This document shows positions 8,800-17,405 of a stretch of 54,422 nt of DNA, in pieces. A program made the translations under genes and the position numbers. The DNA is taken from positions 1-54,422 of IMG/VR virus record IMGVR_UViG_3300021420_000044; one strand, 5' to 3'. The DNA comes from a virus. Taxonomy: Duplodnaviria; Caudoviricetes. Positions within the stretch are counted from its first letter, which is position 1, and every line of letters begins with the position of its first letter. The notes beneath the pieces were generated by a model. That model had not been told where the DNA came from. It ran no database searches and worked only from the letters and a program-made list of their open reading frames with translations.

Positions 8800-11400
8800 T
8801 CAGCTTATGACGAGCGCAGCCCCGACTGGCTTCTCCACAACTTCATGGTCAACACTCGAGATTTCCGTTGGCCCGACAATCGACAGCGTAGCGTGGAAGT
8901 TCTCTATCGTCCTCATCAAGTCCACGCGAGCCTCAAACTGGTTCGCTCCCAACGGCCTTATCCCTGCCGTAATCGTCAAATCATCACTCCCGTTGTAGGT
9001 TGGAATCACGCTGACGAACGGGTTCGATGACACGCCACGAATCACCAGCCGCCTGAAGAACGTTCTCTGGCTTCCACCTTCCGCGTACACTTCCGCAGTC
9101 CTGAATCCGCCCCGAACTTTGCCATCCACTGCACCAGCATTGACCGCTCCTGAGTCCCAATCTTGGTCCCCTGCCTGCCAGCGTCTCGTAGCTCCATCTG
9201 AGTACCCTGCCATGACGGTAATTGGGATGGTTCCTACCGCCCTAATCTGCTTCATCGTGGAAATCAGGAATGGCAGGTCAACTATGGCCCAAGCCTTCAG
9301 AACCAAGTCGTAACAAAACACGCGGCTTAACGCCCCACCAGCAGAAGCCGGAGCGCCTGCGGTCGTTGGAGTCGCATTCGTAATGCTGACTTGTGTCACC
9401 GAGCCTAGGACCGAGACGTAGTACGATTCTCCCCCTGGAGATGAGCCGATATAGACTCGCCACGTAACGAACGCCCCAGCATTCGGGAAAGTGACCAGCA
9501 AGTATTGCGACTGGTTGAGAAACGCCCCGATGAGCACCTTCTGCTCCGCAGTAATCGTGGCACTGCCGTCACTGTTCATGCCTTGAACTTTTATGTAATA
9601 GATTCCATTGGTGAACACAGGCCCAGAAGTCCTGACTCCCTGAGCCGTGAACGGGTAATTGGTCGATGAGGCATTCGTTCCCTGAATCGGACACGCGCAA
9701 ACGTACATTGGCGGGTTGGCTACCTGAGCGCCTTTCGAGAACCATGCAAAGTTCCAATCCACAGGAACAATATCCGGCTCCCCGCCGAAGATGTAGGGCC
9801 TGACTTCCTCACTCACCACCTTGTCGTAGAGTCCATCAAAGATGGCAAAGCCCAGATGCGTCAGCCGAATCAGGCCAAAACCGGGAAGATACTGAATGGA
9901 TCGGCCAGCAGAGCACCCCATATCAGTCTGAGCCTGCTGAATCGAGAAGTCTGCCGCCCCAAACACGCCATTGGTGACGTAGGTGCTAAAGTCCTTAAAT
10001 ACAGCAAGTTGGTTCGTGGTAGGAATCCCTGCCGCCGCCACGGCAAACGACTTGATGCCTGAAATCTGCTGCCCATCGTCTCTAGCAACTTGAGCCGCAT
10101 TCAGCGGATTCCATGAATTCGGGTTGTTGGCATCCGACATTCGGATAGCCGACGGCCCGTCTAGTTGGTCAGCACTGATTTGTGGAGCCGTATTCGCTAC
10201 CCAAATCGACCCTGCATAGACTTCCACATGCGCTGCCCCACGCGGAGGCGGGGAAGTAGAAACCTGCCCTGCGTTCTTCCAGATGATTGTTGACCCTGCA
10301 CCATCCCCAACGGTCTTATTCAGCGTGGCAGGCCACGTAGGCGCTGCTGTGGGGTTAGTTAAACCGCCTTGGACGGCGGTAAAAACGTAAGCAGTGCCTC
10401 CCACGGTCGCCTGAATCGAGTCGCCTTGGTTGAAAGCCAAATTAATCGCCCACGCTGGATAGGTAGCCGTGAACGTGTTGACGATTTGGATGGTATTCGC
10501 GTTCGTCCCGTCAGAAGTGAACGGAGACAGGCCATTTCCCAAGGCCAGAAACATCAGATTGGCGAACTGGATGATTTGAGGAATCGGGCTGATATTGCCT
10601 GTGATTCCTCCAGCCGGCGTAGGTGGCTGATTCCCGCTGGTTGGAGGGTGTGCCCCGCCTCCTCCTCCCCCGTATCCCCCTGGAGTATTGTCCTTGGGAG
10701 GAAGCCAATCCGCAGGGAAGGTAAACACAATGTTTGCAGCGCCATAGGTTCCGGGAGGCATTTGCTGGAATAGGCTTACCTGTGTGCTATTTATCCCTGG
10801 AGGAACCGCAGCGCCTAAATTAGCGTCAGGAACGTTGTCGATGTAACTGTTTGTTAGGATTGGAGTTGGATTGACCAAATGAACCAGCGAGCCGTTTGCC
10901 GTCGTCCGGTAGACGTTGTACCCGATAGCGTTGGTTACGGCAGTCCACGTCAGACTTTCTTTATGATTCGCCGCCAACGCAGTGCTTGACCCTGCCGACT
11001 GCGTAGTTTCCCCTCCAGCGCCGTCCAGAGCCGTCACAACCCACAGGTACGAGCCAGCCGAGAGCAAGCCTCCAGCCCCACCATCAACCGCTACGAATCC
11101 TGTCGGAACACCAAGATGCGTGTTGTAGTCCTTCCTGAGCAGGTAATAAGCGTTTGGCAACCCAATAGGTTCGTACAGGAACAACTCCATAATCGGACCG
11201 ATGTTGTCAGCCAGCGGGTGCATCGCGTTGTCGAGTTGAGAAATCAACTGCGTGCCATCACACGTCAACCAGCCTCCACGCTTCGTTAGCACCATGTTGG
11301 AGACACGCGGGACGGTGTTCTTAGGCTGTCCGAATGTCGAAAAAGCAGCGGACACGCCCTTGAACCACTTGCTCTGCCCCTGATTGCGAAGTGGACTCAT
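8800..11400 (-). CDS. Tail nozzle / DNA-stabilisation protein (podovirus type), 866 aa
   Basis: NMVLTKRGG near the N-terminus; beta-propeller-like composition (IRMSD..NP.SW, MGCSAGRSIQ, VSEEVRP); follows the adaptor. Confidence 0.7.
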   Translation of the reverse strand: MSPLRNQGQSKWFKGVSAAFSTFGQPKNTVPRVSNMVLTKRGGWLTCDGTQLISQLDNAMHPLADNIGPIMELFLYEPIGLPNAYYLLRKDYNTHLGVPTGFVAVDGGAGGLLSAGSYLWVVTALDGAGGETTQSAGSSTALAANHKESLTWTAVTNAIGYNVYRTTANGSLVHLVNPTPILTNSYIDNVPDANLGAAVPPGINSTQVSLFQQMPPGTYGAANIVFTFPADWLPPKDNTPGGYGGGGGGAHPPTSGNQPPTPAGGITGNISPIPQIIQFANLMFLALGNGLSPFTSDGTNANTIQIVNTFTATYPAWAINLAFNQGDSIQATVGGTAYVFTAVQGGLTNPTAAPTWPATLNKTVGDGAGSTIIWKNAGQVSTSPPPRGAAHVEVYAGSIWVANTAPQISADQLDGPSAIRMSDANNPNSWNPLNAAQVARDDGQQISGIKSFAVAAAGIPTTNQLAVFKDFSTYVTNGVFGAADFSIQQAQTDMGCSAGRSIQYLPGFGLIRLTHLGFAIFDGLYDKVVSEEVRPYIFGGEPDIVPVDWNFAWFSKGAQVANPPMYVCACPIQGTNASSTNYPFTAQGVRTSGPVFTNGIYYIKVQGMNSDGSATITAEQKVLIGAFLNQSQYLLVTFPNAGAFVTWRVYIGSSPGGESYYVSVLGSVTQVSITNATPTTAGAPASAGGALSRVFCYDLVLKAWAIVDLPFLISTMKQIRAVGTIPITVMAGYSDGATRRWQAGDQDWDSGAVNAGAVDGKVRGGFRTAEVYAEGGSQRTFFRRLVIRGVSSNPFVSVIPTYNGSDDLTITAGIRPLGANQFEARVDLMRTIENFHATLSIVGPTEISSVDHEVVEKPVGAALVIS

Positions 11401-12641
11401 GGAATAATCACGCCCCCGAAGACGGTCCCCAAATTATAGGTCTGCTGGTTGTACCCTCCGCCAGCCTGAATCTGTCTCGGCCCTGCCACAATCCTGTTCG
11501 CCTTCAAGTTCATCACTTTTGCCGTGAACTCCTTCATCATCCCGGTCGCTTCCTGATACTGCTTCTCAGCCTTGAGGAAACGCGCCTCTAGGTAGGTAAT
11601 CATCGCCTCTTCCCACCCAGGAGCCAGCGTGAACGTAGACGCCGCTGCGCCTACCGAGTAATCCGATGGCACCCTCCAGCCAGAAATCATCAAATTCAAC
11701 TCCGTTACCGCTGTTCCGTCAGGCCACGAAGCCGCAAGCGTACCGCTCATGCCGCGAGTTAAACCTTGCAGCGTTCCGCCTTCGTTGCCCGCAAACTCCA
11801 CAATTTCTGTACCGATTTGCGCTAAGCCAAAGCCGAGAACGAAATTACTTGTCGCCAACAATGCGGACGTGTCGCTAGGGCCTATCGAGCCATTTCCTGA
11901 CAGGGTAGTCTGCCCAGATGTTCGCGACGGTTGCGGCCACAACTCCACAATCAAGCGATCCGACACCTGATTGACGGTCAGCGTCCCTGAAGTGCCCGTA
12001 ACGTTGTTTCGCCTGAACACGTCATTCTTGTTCCCCAGATACAGCGGATAGCCGTCATACCATGCCGTATCAATCTTTTTCCACACTCCGTTCATGGTGT
12101 AAATCGGCTGTTCAACAACCGTTCCCACACCTCCGAAGTCCGGTATCCCGCCACACAGCGTTGACGCTGACTTAAGCCCATCGTTCAGCCAGCGATATAG
12201 CGCCGAAACGCTCACTACCCCACCATCCGAATCGGGCAAATACGCAGTATTTCTGGTCGGCGGAACTTGCGCTACCGCAACGGCAGGGTTGTACGCATAC
12301 GGCAGAGAAGTGAATTCGTTGTACTGATTCTCCTGACCCGCTTGCGTGCCAATGTAAGCTCGCATCTTGGTCGCACCCAAAGGTATCCCGCCAGCAAAGT
12401 TTGCCGTGAACTGTAGCGTTTGATTGAACGCGACAACCAAACTCACCTCAGACGAGGCTATCGTTTCTCCCCACTGATTCAGTGCAGTCAGGACGATGTA
12501 GTAGGTGAATACAGGAAGCGGAGTAGAAGAAGAAACTGCGGCTATGCTGAAATTCGCAGTGACCGGAGGCGCAAGAGTCTGTTGAGGCAGGTCGGTGAAA
12601 AGCTCTCTGGCTCCGAGTAGCACGCTTCCGACAAGTGACAT
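11397..12641 (-). CDS. Head-tail adaptor with inserted beta-domains
   Basis: LYRWLNDG, LIVELWPQP and WEEAMITY..ARFLKAEK motifs typical of podoviral adaptors; position. Confidence 0.6.
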   Translation of the reverse strand: MSLVGSVLLGARELFTDLPQQTLAPPVTANFSIAAVSSSTPLPVFTYYIVLTALNQWGETIASSEVSLVVAFNQTLQFTANFAGGIPLGATKMRAYIGTQAGQENQYNEFTSLPYAYNPAVAVAQVPPTRNTAYLPDSDGGVVSVSALYRWLNDGLKSASTLCGGIPDFGGVGTVVEQPIYTMNGVWKKIDTAWYDGYPLYLGNKNDVFRRNNVTGTSGTLTVNQVSDRLIVELWPQPSRTSGQTTLSGNGSIGPSDTSALLATSNFVLGFGLAQIGTEIVEFAGNEGGTLQGLTRGMSGTLAASWPDGTAVTELNLMISGWRVPSDYSVGAAASTFTLAPGWEEAMITYLEARFLKAEKQYQEATGMMKEFTAKVMNLKANRIVAGPRQIQAGGGYNQQTYNLGTVFGGVIIP

Positions 12642-12656
12642 TGCATACTCCCTCGG

Positions 12657-12944
12657 TTAATCCATCGTAGACGCTGCGATAACGGTAACTGCCGCTTCAA
12701 TAGCAGTCTTGTCGGCAGCAAGCGTTGTCATGTAGACCGACACGGCTCCATTGACGGCAAGATTCGAGATTACGTTGGCAACGTTCGACATGAACGAATC
12801 CACGCCCGTAGGATTGGAGCCAATCGGGTACTCAAAGAACGGGCTGCCCTGAATCGTAATCACGTTCGGCGCAGGAGTGATGTTCGTGCCTTCGTTCTGA
12901 ATCCCGTTCCCAATCACCGTTCCCTTGAATCGAATCGTTGCCAT
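12657..12944 (-). CDS. Small virion structural protein
   Basis: RBS ggaggt; structural-gene context. Confidence 0.6.
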   Translation of the reverse strand: MATIRFKGTVIGNGIQNEGTNITPAPNVITIQGSPFFEYPIGSNPTGVDSFMSNVANVISNLAVNGAVSVYMTTLAADKTAIEAAVTVIAASTMD

Positions 12945-12947
12945 GAC

Positions 12948-13031
12948 CTACCTCCGCTTTGACGACTTGTTGCCCATCTTCGACAGGAAGCGATTAGCTC
13001 TGCCCTTGTACTTCTTGGATGCCTTTTTCAT
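12948..13031 (-). CDS. Basic micro-protein MKKASKKYKGRANRFLSKMGNKSSKRR (27 aa)
   Basis: Manual translation; RBS aggaggga; 12 K/R, no D/E; stop 3 nt before the next ATG. Confidence 0.75.
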   Translation of the reverse strand: MKKASKKYKGRANRFLSKMGNKSSKRR

Positions 13032-13046
13032 CGCTCCCTCCTGTAG

Positions 13047-13074
13047 AAAAGCCGGAAGCACTGGCTCCCGGCTT
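13047..13074 (-). terminator. Intrinsic terminator after the capsid operon
   Basis: AAGCCGGGAGC-cagt-GCTTCCGGCTT followed by TT on the minus strand. Confidence 0.75.
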
Positions 13075-13110
13075 CCTCCACCATGCACGCACACACTTTG
13101 TTACCGAACG

Positions 13111-13494
13111 TCAGGGGCAGCAGCAACATTCCACATCAAATGTCGTTGTGTTGTTGACCACGTTGATTGCCACGTTGATGGAGTTCACGTTCAAGTCCGA
13201 AATCCACTCAATCACTTCGCAGTAGCTCTGACCGTTGGCCGTCTGCGCTGCATCCCCGGCATAGACTTGCTGCGTCGTGGTTCCGTCCGTCACGAGTATG
13301 TTCGTGATTTTTGTGGTCGCGTTCACGCCAATGGCGAGCGTCTGCACACGAATCTTTCCCTTGGTGAACGACGTAGGAAAGGCGTTCAACACCACGTTGG
13401 TCACGCCAGCAGCAACGGAGACGTTCAGGTTTGACACCGTTGTGCCAGAACCCATGCCGGGAAGAATTTGAGCAACTTTATTCACTATCGCCAT
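13111..13494 (-). CDS. Putative capsid decoration protein ending in CCCCP
   Basis: 127 aa, V/N/T-rich all-beta; downstream of MCP; RBS ggaga. Confidence 0.6.
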   Translation of the reverse strand: MAIVNKVAQILPGMGSGTTVSNLNVSVAAGVTNVVLNAFPTSFTKGKIRVQTLAIGVNATTKITNILVTDGTTTQQVYAGDAAQTANGQSYCEVIEWISDLNVNSINVAINVVNNTTTFDVECCCCP

Positions 13495-13504
13495 TTCGAG
13501 TCTC

Positions 13505-14002
13505 CTATGCCCGCCTGACTACGTATTCCTTTTTGAGTTCATGTGCTCGCTTGAACAGTGCTTCACGAATATCCAAAACGTTCGCTGGAGTTTTGTGACC
13601 TCTACCACTGCCGCCGTGACGCGCAATAGTATTCACAAACGCGATAGCAACCTCAGCCTGTTCGCGCTTGATAATCAACCACGGCAGAATGCCAGTCAGA
13701 ATCGCCAGCACCGCCTTACGTCCAGGTGACCACGTATAGTGAACGCGTGGCTGGCCCTGAATGATTCGCGGCTTACGCTCGTGAACTACTCCACCAAACA
13801 CCGATTCGCACCACATCGGCAAGCGAAAATCGTTGTTGCAGATATACAAAGCGCAATGAGACTGAACTTGCTTCTCGCTTCGTGTTCGCGGAGTTTTGTT
13901 AACACGCCTGAAATCCACCGAGATGCACCCCTCCCCATCCACGAAGGCTGCGAGGCGTGCCCAATCAACATCTGGAATCAATTTGTACTCAGCGTTTGTC
14001 AT
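13505..14002 (-). CDS. Free-standing single-motif LAGLIDADG homing endonuclease
   Basis: RLAAFVDGEGCI motif; FGG.V, Y.W and ILPWLIIKREQAE segments. Confidence 0.88.
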   Translation of the reverse strand: MTNAEYKLIPDVDWARLAAFVDGEGCISVDFRRVNKTPRTRSEKQVQSHCALYICNNDFRLPMWCESVFGGVVHERKPRIIQGQPRVHYTWSPGRKAVLAILTGILPWLIIKREQAEVAIAFVNTIARHGGSGRGHKTPANVLDIREALFKRAHELKKEYVVRRA

Positions 14003-14035
14003 CAGCGCATTATACTCATGCTAACTACATAGTTA
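14003..14035 (-). promoter_or_regulatory. Putative leaderless promoter of the endonuclease with an upstream inverted repeat
   Basis: TATAAT (14014-14009) 6 nt before the ATG, no SD; TAACTA-N2-TAGTTA at 14022-14035. Confidence 0.55.
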
Positions 14036-14037
14036 CA

Positions 14038-15036
14038 TTACGCCGTGATATTCGTGAGTTTCACGAGCATACGCGGCGAGATGCAACTGAGCTGAAAAGT
14101 GAGGTACAATGTTGACACCAAAACCCTTTGGTTTGTTGGCTTTATGAATGGGTCAACATTGAAGTAATCGGCCTCATGGAAACACGGAAACACGTATTTA
14201 CTATTTAGGAAATAGGCAGTGTTCGGCTGCGCTGCCTGCTCGAACAAATCCGGTACAACGATGGCGTTGTTGAACAGGAAGTGATTCCTGAATCCAACCT
14301 GCAACGCTTCCTCATCCTGCATTCCCTGACCGAAGCGAATCTCCGTGGTGAATGCGCCTTTGAATCCAGCGTAACGTTGCTGAGAAATTGTCATTAAGTC
14401 AGGCTCGTCGTAACCGAATACGACTGTCTGATACGCAGTCTCAGCGTTGGTCGGAGTCAGCACACCGGAGCCGTTAGAGACGTTCGCTGCTGGCTGCCAG
14501 AAAGCATTCGCGGCTGCTGAGCGGTCGATGCCTGCGATGACGTTCGTTGTCGCTCCAGCCCACGAATCAATGTCGTCAATGTCGTTGGTCGTGTTCTGCG
14601 GCGTGGTGTGCCACAGAGCGCGTGAGAGCTTCGTAAGGAACGATGCTGACGCGACTTGATACTTCGCCTTGATGATGTCGAGATTCCCTGCTCCACCGCG
14701 ATTCAGAATGATGTCGGTAATCGGGATGACGATTGGCTGTCGGTACGGACGCCACTGTTGGTTCGCCGGCTGAATTGAGTCCACCACGGAGGTATCGAGC
14801 AACTGGTCGCCGTAGTACGCGCCCCCTGGGAGTTCTTCCTGATTGATTTCAGGGAAGATTAACTCGCCAGCTCCAAACTTCTTGCCTTCACGAGTCAGTG
14901 CCCAGAACACAGGCGATGGCTTGAATACGTTGTCACCGAGGACCGGGACAATGTATTTCTGAGAAATTGCGTTGACCGTATTCGAGAGCTGAACCGGAGG
15001 AGTTGCGAGTCCGAGTCCAACTACGCTGTTAGCCAT
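14038..15036 (-). CDS. Major capsid protein
   Basis: 332 aa; strong RBS aaaggag; after the scaffold; LGDNVFKPSP, IAGIDRS...FWQP and EPDLMTIS motifs typical of HK97-fold podoviral MCPs. Confidence 0.85.
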   Translation of the reverse strand: MANSVVGLGLATPPVQLSNTVNAISQKYIVPVLGDNVFKPSPVFWALTREGKKFGAGELIFPEINQEELPGGAYYGDQLLDTSVVDSIQPANQQWRPYRQPIVIPITDIILNRGGAGNLDIIKAKYQVASASFLTKLSRALWHTTPQNTTNDIDDIDSWAGATTNVIAGIDRSAAANAFWQPAANVSNGSGVLTPTNAETAYQTVVFGYDEPDLMTISQQRYAGFKGAFTTEIRFGQGMQDEEALQVGFRNHFLFNNAIVVPDLFEQAAQPNTAYFLNSKYVFPCFHEADYFNVDPFIKPTNQRVLVSTLYLTFQLSCISPRMLVKLTNITA

Positions 15037-15051
15037 TGTGTGCTCCTTTTG

Positions 15052-15912
15052 CTAGTTCGAGGCGCGACCCGCCATAATCCCAGACCACAATTCCGTGTCG
15101 TTGGCCGCATCCTGCAATACTTGGTCGAAAGACTTGGTTCGTCCCTTATCGTCCTTGAACGACTTCGGCGTAGCTCCGCGAGGTCCAGGAGAGTTGCTTC
15201 CCGGCTTCGGCAACGAGGATGCGAACTGCTCATCTTCCAGTTCCTTCTTGAGCTTGATACGCTCTGCTTCCCGCCACTCATCCTGCCGGTATTCGGAGGT
15301 CATGTCCTCTGCCGCCTTGCGAAGATTCAGCCGGCCTTTCGAGTCCTTCAAGCCTTCCTTTTCCGCGTGCTTCATCACGTCTTCGAGCTTGATTTTGTCC
15401 TTCGCCTTCGCTGGAAGTTTCGGCTCGATTTTGTCTGACCACTGGTCGCCGTACCAGTCATCGAGGTAGGTTCCGAGCATGGGCTTGAGAATCTTTTCCT
15501 TGGCTTCGGAGAGTTGTCCTTCAAGCGTGCCGACTTTGGCCTTCAGCGCATTGAATTCCTTCACCATCGGAGCCAGCAATGGGTCGTCTGGGTCGAGGCC
15601 GGTGTCTTCCGCGACTTGGCGTTTGGTAATCTTCGGAGCCTTTCCTGCCAGCGCTTCCTCTGCGGTCAGGCCAGTCAAGGTAAGGTACTTGTTGAACATT
15701 TCGTAGACGCCATTCGAGGCGGTTTCGAGTTGCTGCTTCTCTTTGGCGAGAGCTTTCTCTTTCGCGGTCAACTGCTCAGTGAGAGCGCCTTTGGTTTCTT
15801 TGTCGTAGGCGCGCGCTTCTCCGAGTTTTAACGTTTGACCATCTTTCGTGGTGATTACAACATCATCAGGAAACGCAGTAACGTCAGCCAAAATCTCTTT
15901 CCAAGAAAGCAT
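15052..15912 (-). CDS. Capsid scaffolding protein
   Basis: Charged coiled-coil protein with a P/G-rich linker and short C-terminal helix; directly before MCP. Confidence 0.7.
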   Translation of the reverse strand: MLSWKEILADVTAFPDDVVITTKDGQTLKLGEARAYDKETKGALTEQLTAKEKALAKEKQQLETASNGVYEMFNKYLTLTGLTAEEALAGKAPKITKRQVAEDTGLDPDDPLLAPMVKEFNALKAKVGTLEGQLSEAKEKILKPMLGTYLDDWYGDQWSDKIEPKLPAKAKDKIKLEDVMKHAEKEGLKDSKGRLNLRKAAEDMTSEYRQDEWREAERIKLKKELEDEQFASSLPKPGSNSPGPRGATPKSFKDDKGRTKSFDQVLQDAANDTELWSGIMAGRASN

Positions 15913-16310
15913 TAGATGGCTCCTGACTGTGGCTCACCGCCTCCGGGATTCTGTGTCGGATTCGGCATGGCGGCGTTGTTAGCAATAGGTGGACGTACAG
16001 ACGCTTGCGTGGCTGCGCCCTGCTCCAGAGCCTTAATCATCGCGTCCAGCGACTTTTGAGCAGAGGCTGCATGGCGTGACGCTTCGGGAATCGAGAACGC
16101 AGTTCGCACGTAAATCTGGACTAGCATCTGCTTCAACTGCTTGGCCGACTTCAGTAGCAAATTCGGGTCAGCGCCTTGGAGTTCGGAGAACTGAGAGGCT
16201 AATTGGCTGTCAGCGGCTTCCGGCGCTGCTCCACCTTGGCCCTGAGCGAGCCTCTGCACAAGCTGGCGAGCCATCGAGGACTGCATGATTGGATTGGCCG
16301 CGCCTGCCAC
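15912..16310 (-). CDS. Head-module hypothetical protein (Q/A/P-rich)
   Basis: GTG start coupled to the upstream TAG; stop overlaps the scaffold ATG. Confidence 0.6.
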   Translation of the reverse strand: MAGAANPIMQSSMARQLVQRLAQGQGGAAPEAADSQLASQFSELQGADPNLLLKSAKQLKQMLVQIYVRTAFSIPEASRHAASAQKSLDAMIKALEQGAATQASVRPPIANNAAMPNPTQNPGGGEPQSGAI

Positions 16311-16450
16311 TATCGGCCTCCACCACGATTGCCGCGCTTCGGAAGGCGCTTTACGCGATGCGGAGCATGACGCTTCACCATGCGCTCTTTGAACGGGAAT
16401 GTCGTAGGTCGCAAATGATTCTTGCCGCCACGATTGTGCTTGTTAGCCAT
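16310..16450 (-). CDS. Basic micro-protein MANKHNRGGKNHLRPTTFPFKERMVKRHAPHRVKRLPKRGNRGGGR (46 aa)
   Basis: Manual translation; RBS ggaggg; 15 K/R; TAGTG coupling to the next gene. Confidence 0.75.
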   Translation of the reverse strand: MANKHNRGGKNHLRPTTFPFKERMVKRHAPHRVKRLPKRGNRGGGR

Positions 16451-16459
16451 ACGCCCTCC

Positions 16460-16639
16460 CTAGTCGTTGCCCAACTTGCCCATCTTCTTCGAGTTGGATG
16501 GGATGAACTTCAACGGGTCGTCAGGGGCCATTACCGGGCTGTTATTTACGGCCGGTCCAGGTTCTTTCTTCGGCCTCGCAACTGTCAGCGGACTCTTCAA
16601 AATCTTGTCATCGAAAGCGGTGCCCATCTTATTCGGCAT
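16460..16639 (-). CDS. Small K/P-rich protein MPNKMGTAFDDKILKSPL... (59 aa)
   Basis: Manual translation; RBS aggaga; fills the gap between neighbours. Confidence 0.7.
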   Translation of the reverse strand: MPNKMGTAFDDKILKSPLTVARPKKEPGPAVNNSPVMAPDDPLKFIPSNSKKMGKLGND

Positions 16640-16669
16640 GGTGTGACTCTCCTAAGAGTGCAGGATGAA

Positions 16670-16695
16670 CAGGAGCAGCCCGGAAGCCGCTCCTG
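16670..16695 (-). other. GC-rich stem-loop (weak terminator or mRNA-stabilising hairpin)
   Basis: CAGGAGCGGC-ttccgg-GCTGCTCCTG, only TT after it. Confidence 0.55.
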
Positions 16696-16709
16696 CCTTG
16701 CGGAATCCG

Positions 16710-16763
16710 CTAATAGCGCCGTGACATACGCCGTCTACGACGACGCCCTCCACGGTGTGCCAT
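16710..16763 (-). CDS. Protamine-like peptide MAHRGGRRRRRRMSRRY (17 aa)
   Basis: Manual translation; RBS aaggaggg 4 nt before the ATG; 9 Arg on mixed codons (CGT/AGA/CGG/CGC). Confidence 0.7.
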   Translation of the reverse strand: MAHRGGRRRRRRMSRRY

Positions 16764-16844
16764 GATGCCCTCCTTCGCTATCGGCGTTGATGAGACGTGA
16801 GCGATGGCGCGAAGGCCAGCAACTTTCGCTCACACTACGGCAAG

Positions 16845-16895
16845 TTATTTTCTCTTGCCGCCCTTGTGATGCTTACGACCTCGCTTGCGGGCCAT
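16845..16895 (-). CDS. Basic peptide MARKRGRKHHKGGKRK (16 aa)
   Basis: Manual translation; RBS aggaggt; TGATG coupling to the upstream stop; 9 K/R. Confidence 0.7.
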   Translation of the reverse strand: MARKRGRKHHKGGKRK

Positions 16896-17125
16896 CAGGC
16901 TACCTCCTCTGTTAGGCGTTGTGACCTTACATCGCCGTAAGTCTCAAGCAGTGAACTTGCCTGCCGTTCGAGCATTTGGAAGTACGATTCGTCGTCTCTG
17001 TACCGCTCGCGGTCGCTGCGATGCACTTGAAACGGTACACACAGCTTTCCGTCTACCGCACAGCGAATCGTAATCCAGCCGTCTCGGGGTTCAGGATGCT
17101 CAAGAAGCTCGAAACTACGGCTCAC
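16895..17125 (-). CDS. Hypothetical protein (76 aa)
   Basis: ORF track; preceded by a promoter-like element. Confidence 0.6.
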   Translation of the reverse strand: MSRSFELLEHPEPRDGWITIRCAVDGKLCVPFQVHRSDRERYRDDESYFQMLERQASSLLETYGDVRSQRLTEEVA

Positions 17126-17161
17126 GTTTGGAGATTGCAGGTTTGGTGCGGAGAAAGTAAA
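17126..17161 (-). promoter_or_regulatory. Putative promoter for the head-gene transcript (leaderless)
   Basis: TTTACT-N18-CAATCT-N6-GTG. Confidence 0.4.
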
Positions 17162-17195
17162 TAGGGTAGTTGCAATTTTCGCGAAGATGCGAAAG

Positions 17196-17405
17196 TTAAT
17201 AGCGGAGTTTTTTCATAGTGTAAGCAGTGACTTGTATCCAGATTCTCCCACCGATTTCCCTACGAGTCTGAATCGAGAATGCGTGCAGCGTACCATCGGA
17301 TACCCATTCATACACAGTGCGCAGCGGACGATTGACTAACGCAGAGAATTCCTTCACGGATAACCACTGCGGGGCACTTTCAGTGTTGATGGGCTGAGTG
17401 CTCAT
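17196..17405 (-). CDS. Xis/MerR-like winged-HTH DNA-binding protein
   Basis: WLSVKEFSALVNRPLRTVYEWVSDG...GGRIWI. Confidence 0.7.
   Translation of the reverse strand: MSTQPINTESAPQWLSVKEFSALVNRPLRTVYEWVSDGTLHAFSIQTRREIGGRIWIQVTAYTMKKLRY

Noticed and set aside
13505-14037. Group I intron interrupting the capsid gene
   Set aside because: MCP ends with its own TAA at 14038, the next gene has its own RBS, and the 35-nt and 10-nt flanks leave no room for a ribozyme core.
16289-16765. 158-aa plus-strand ORF (and 12925..13434 +)
   Set aside because: Antisense shadows of the minus-strand micro-genes, which have RBSs and coupled starts and stops.
17196-17405. Excisionase implying a temperate integrating lifestyle
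   Set aside because: No integrase or att-like context found; the gene sits in the head operon.
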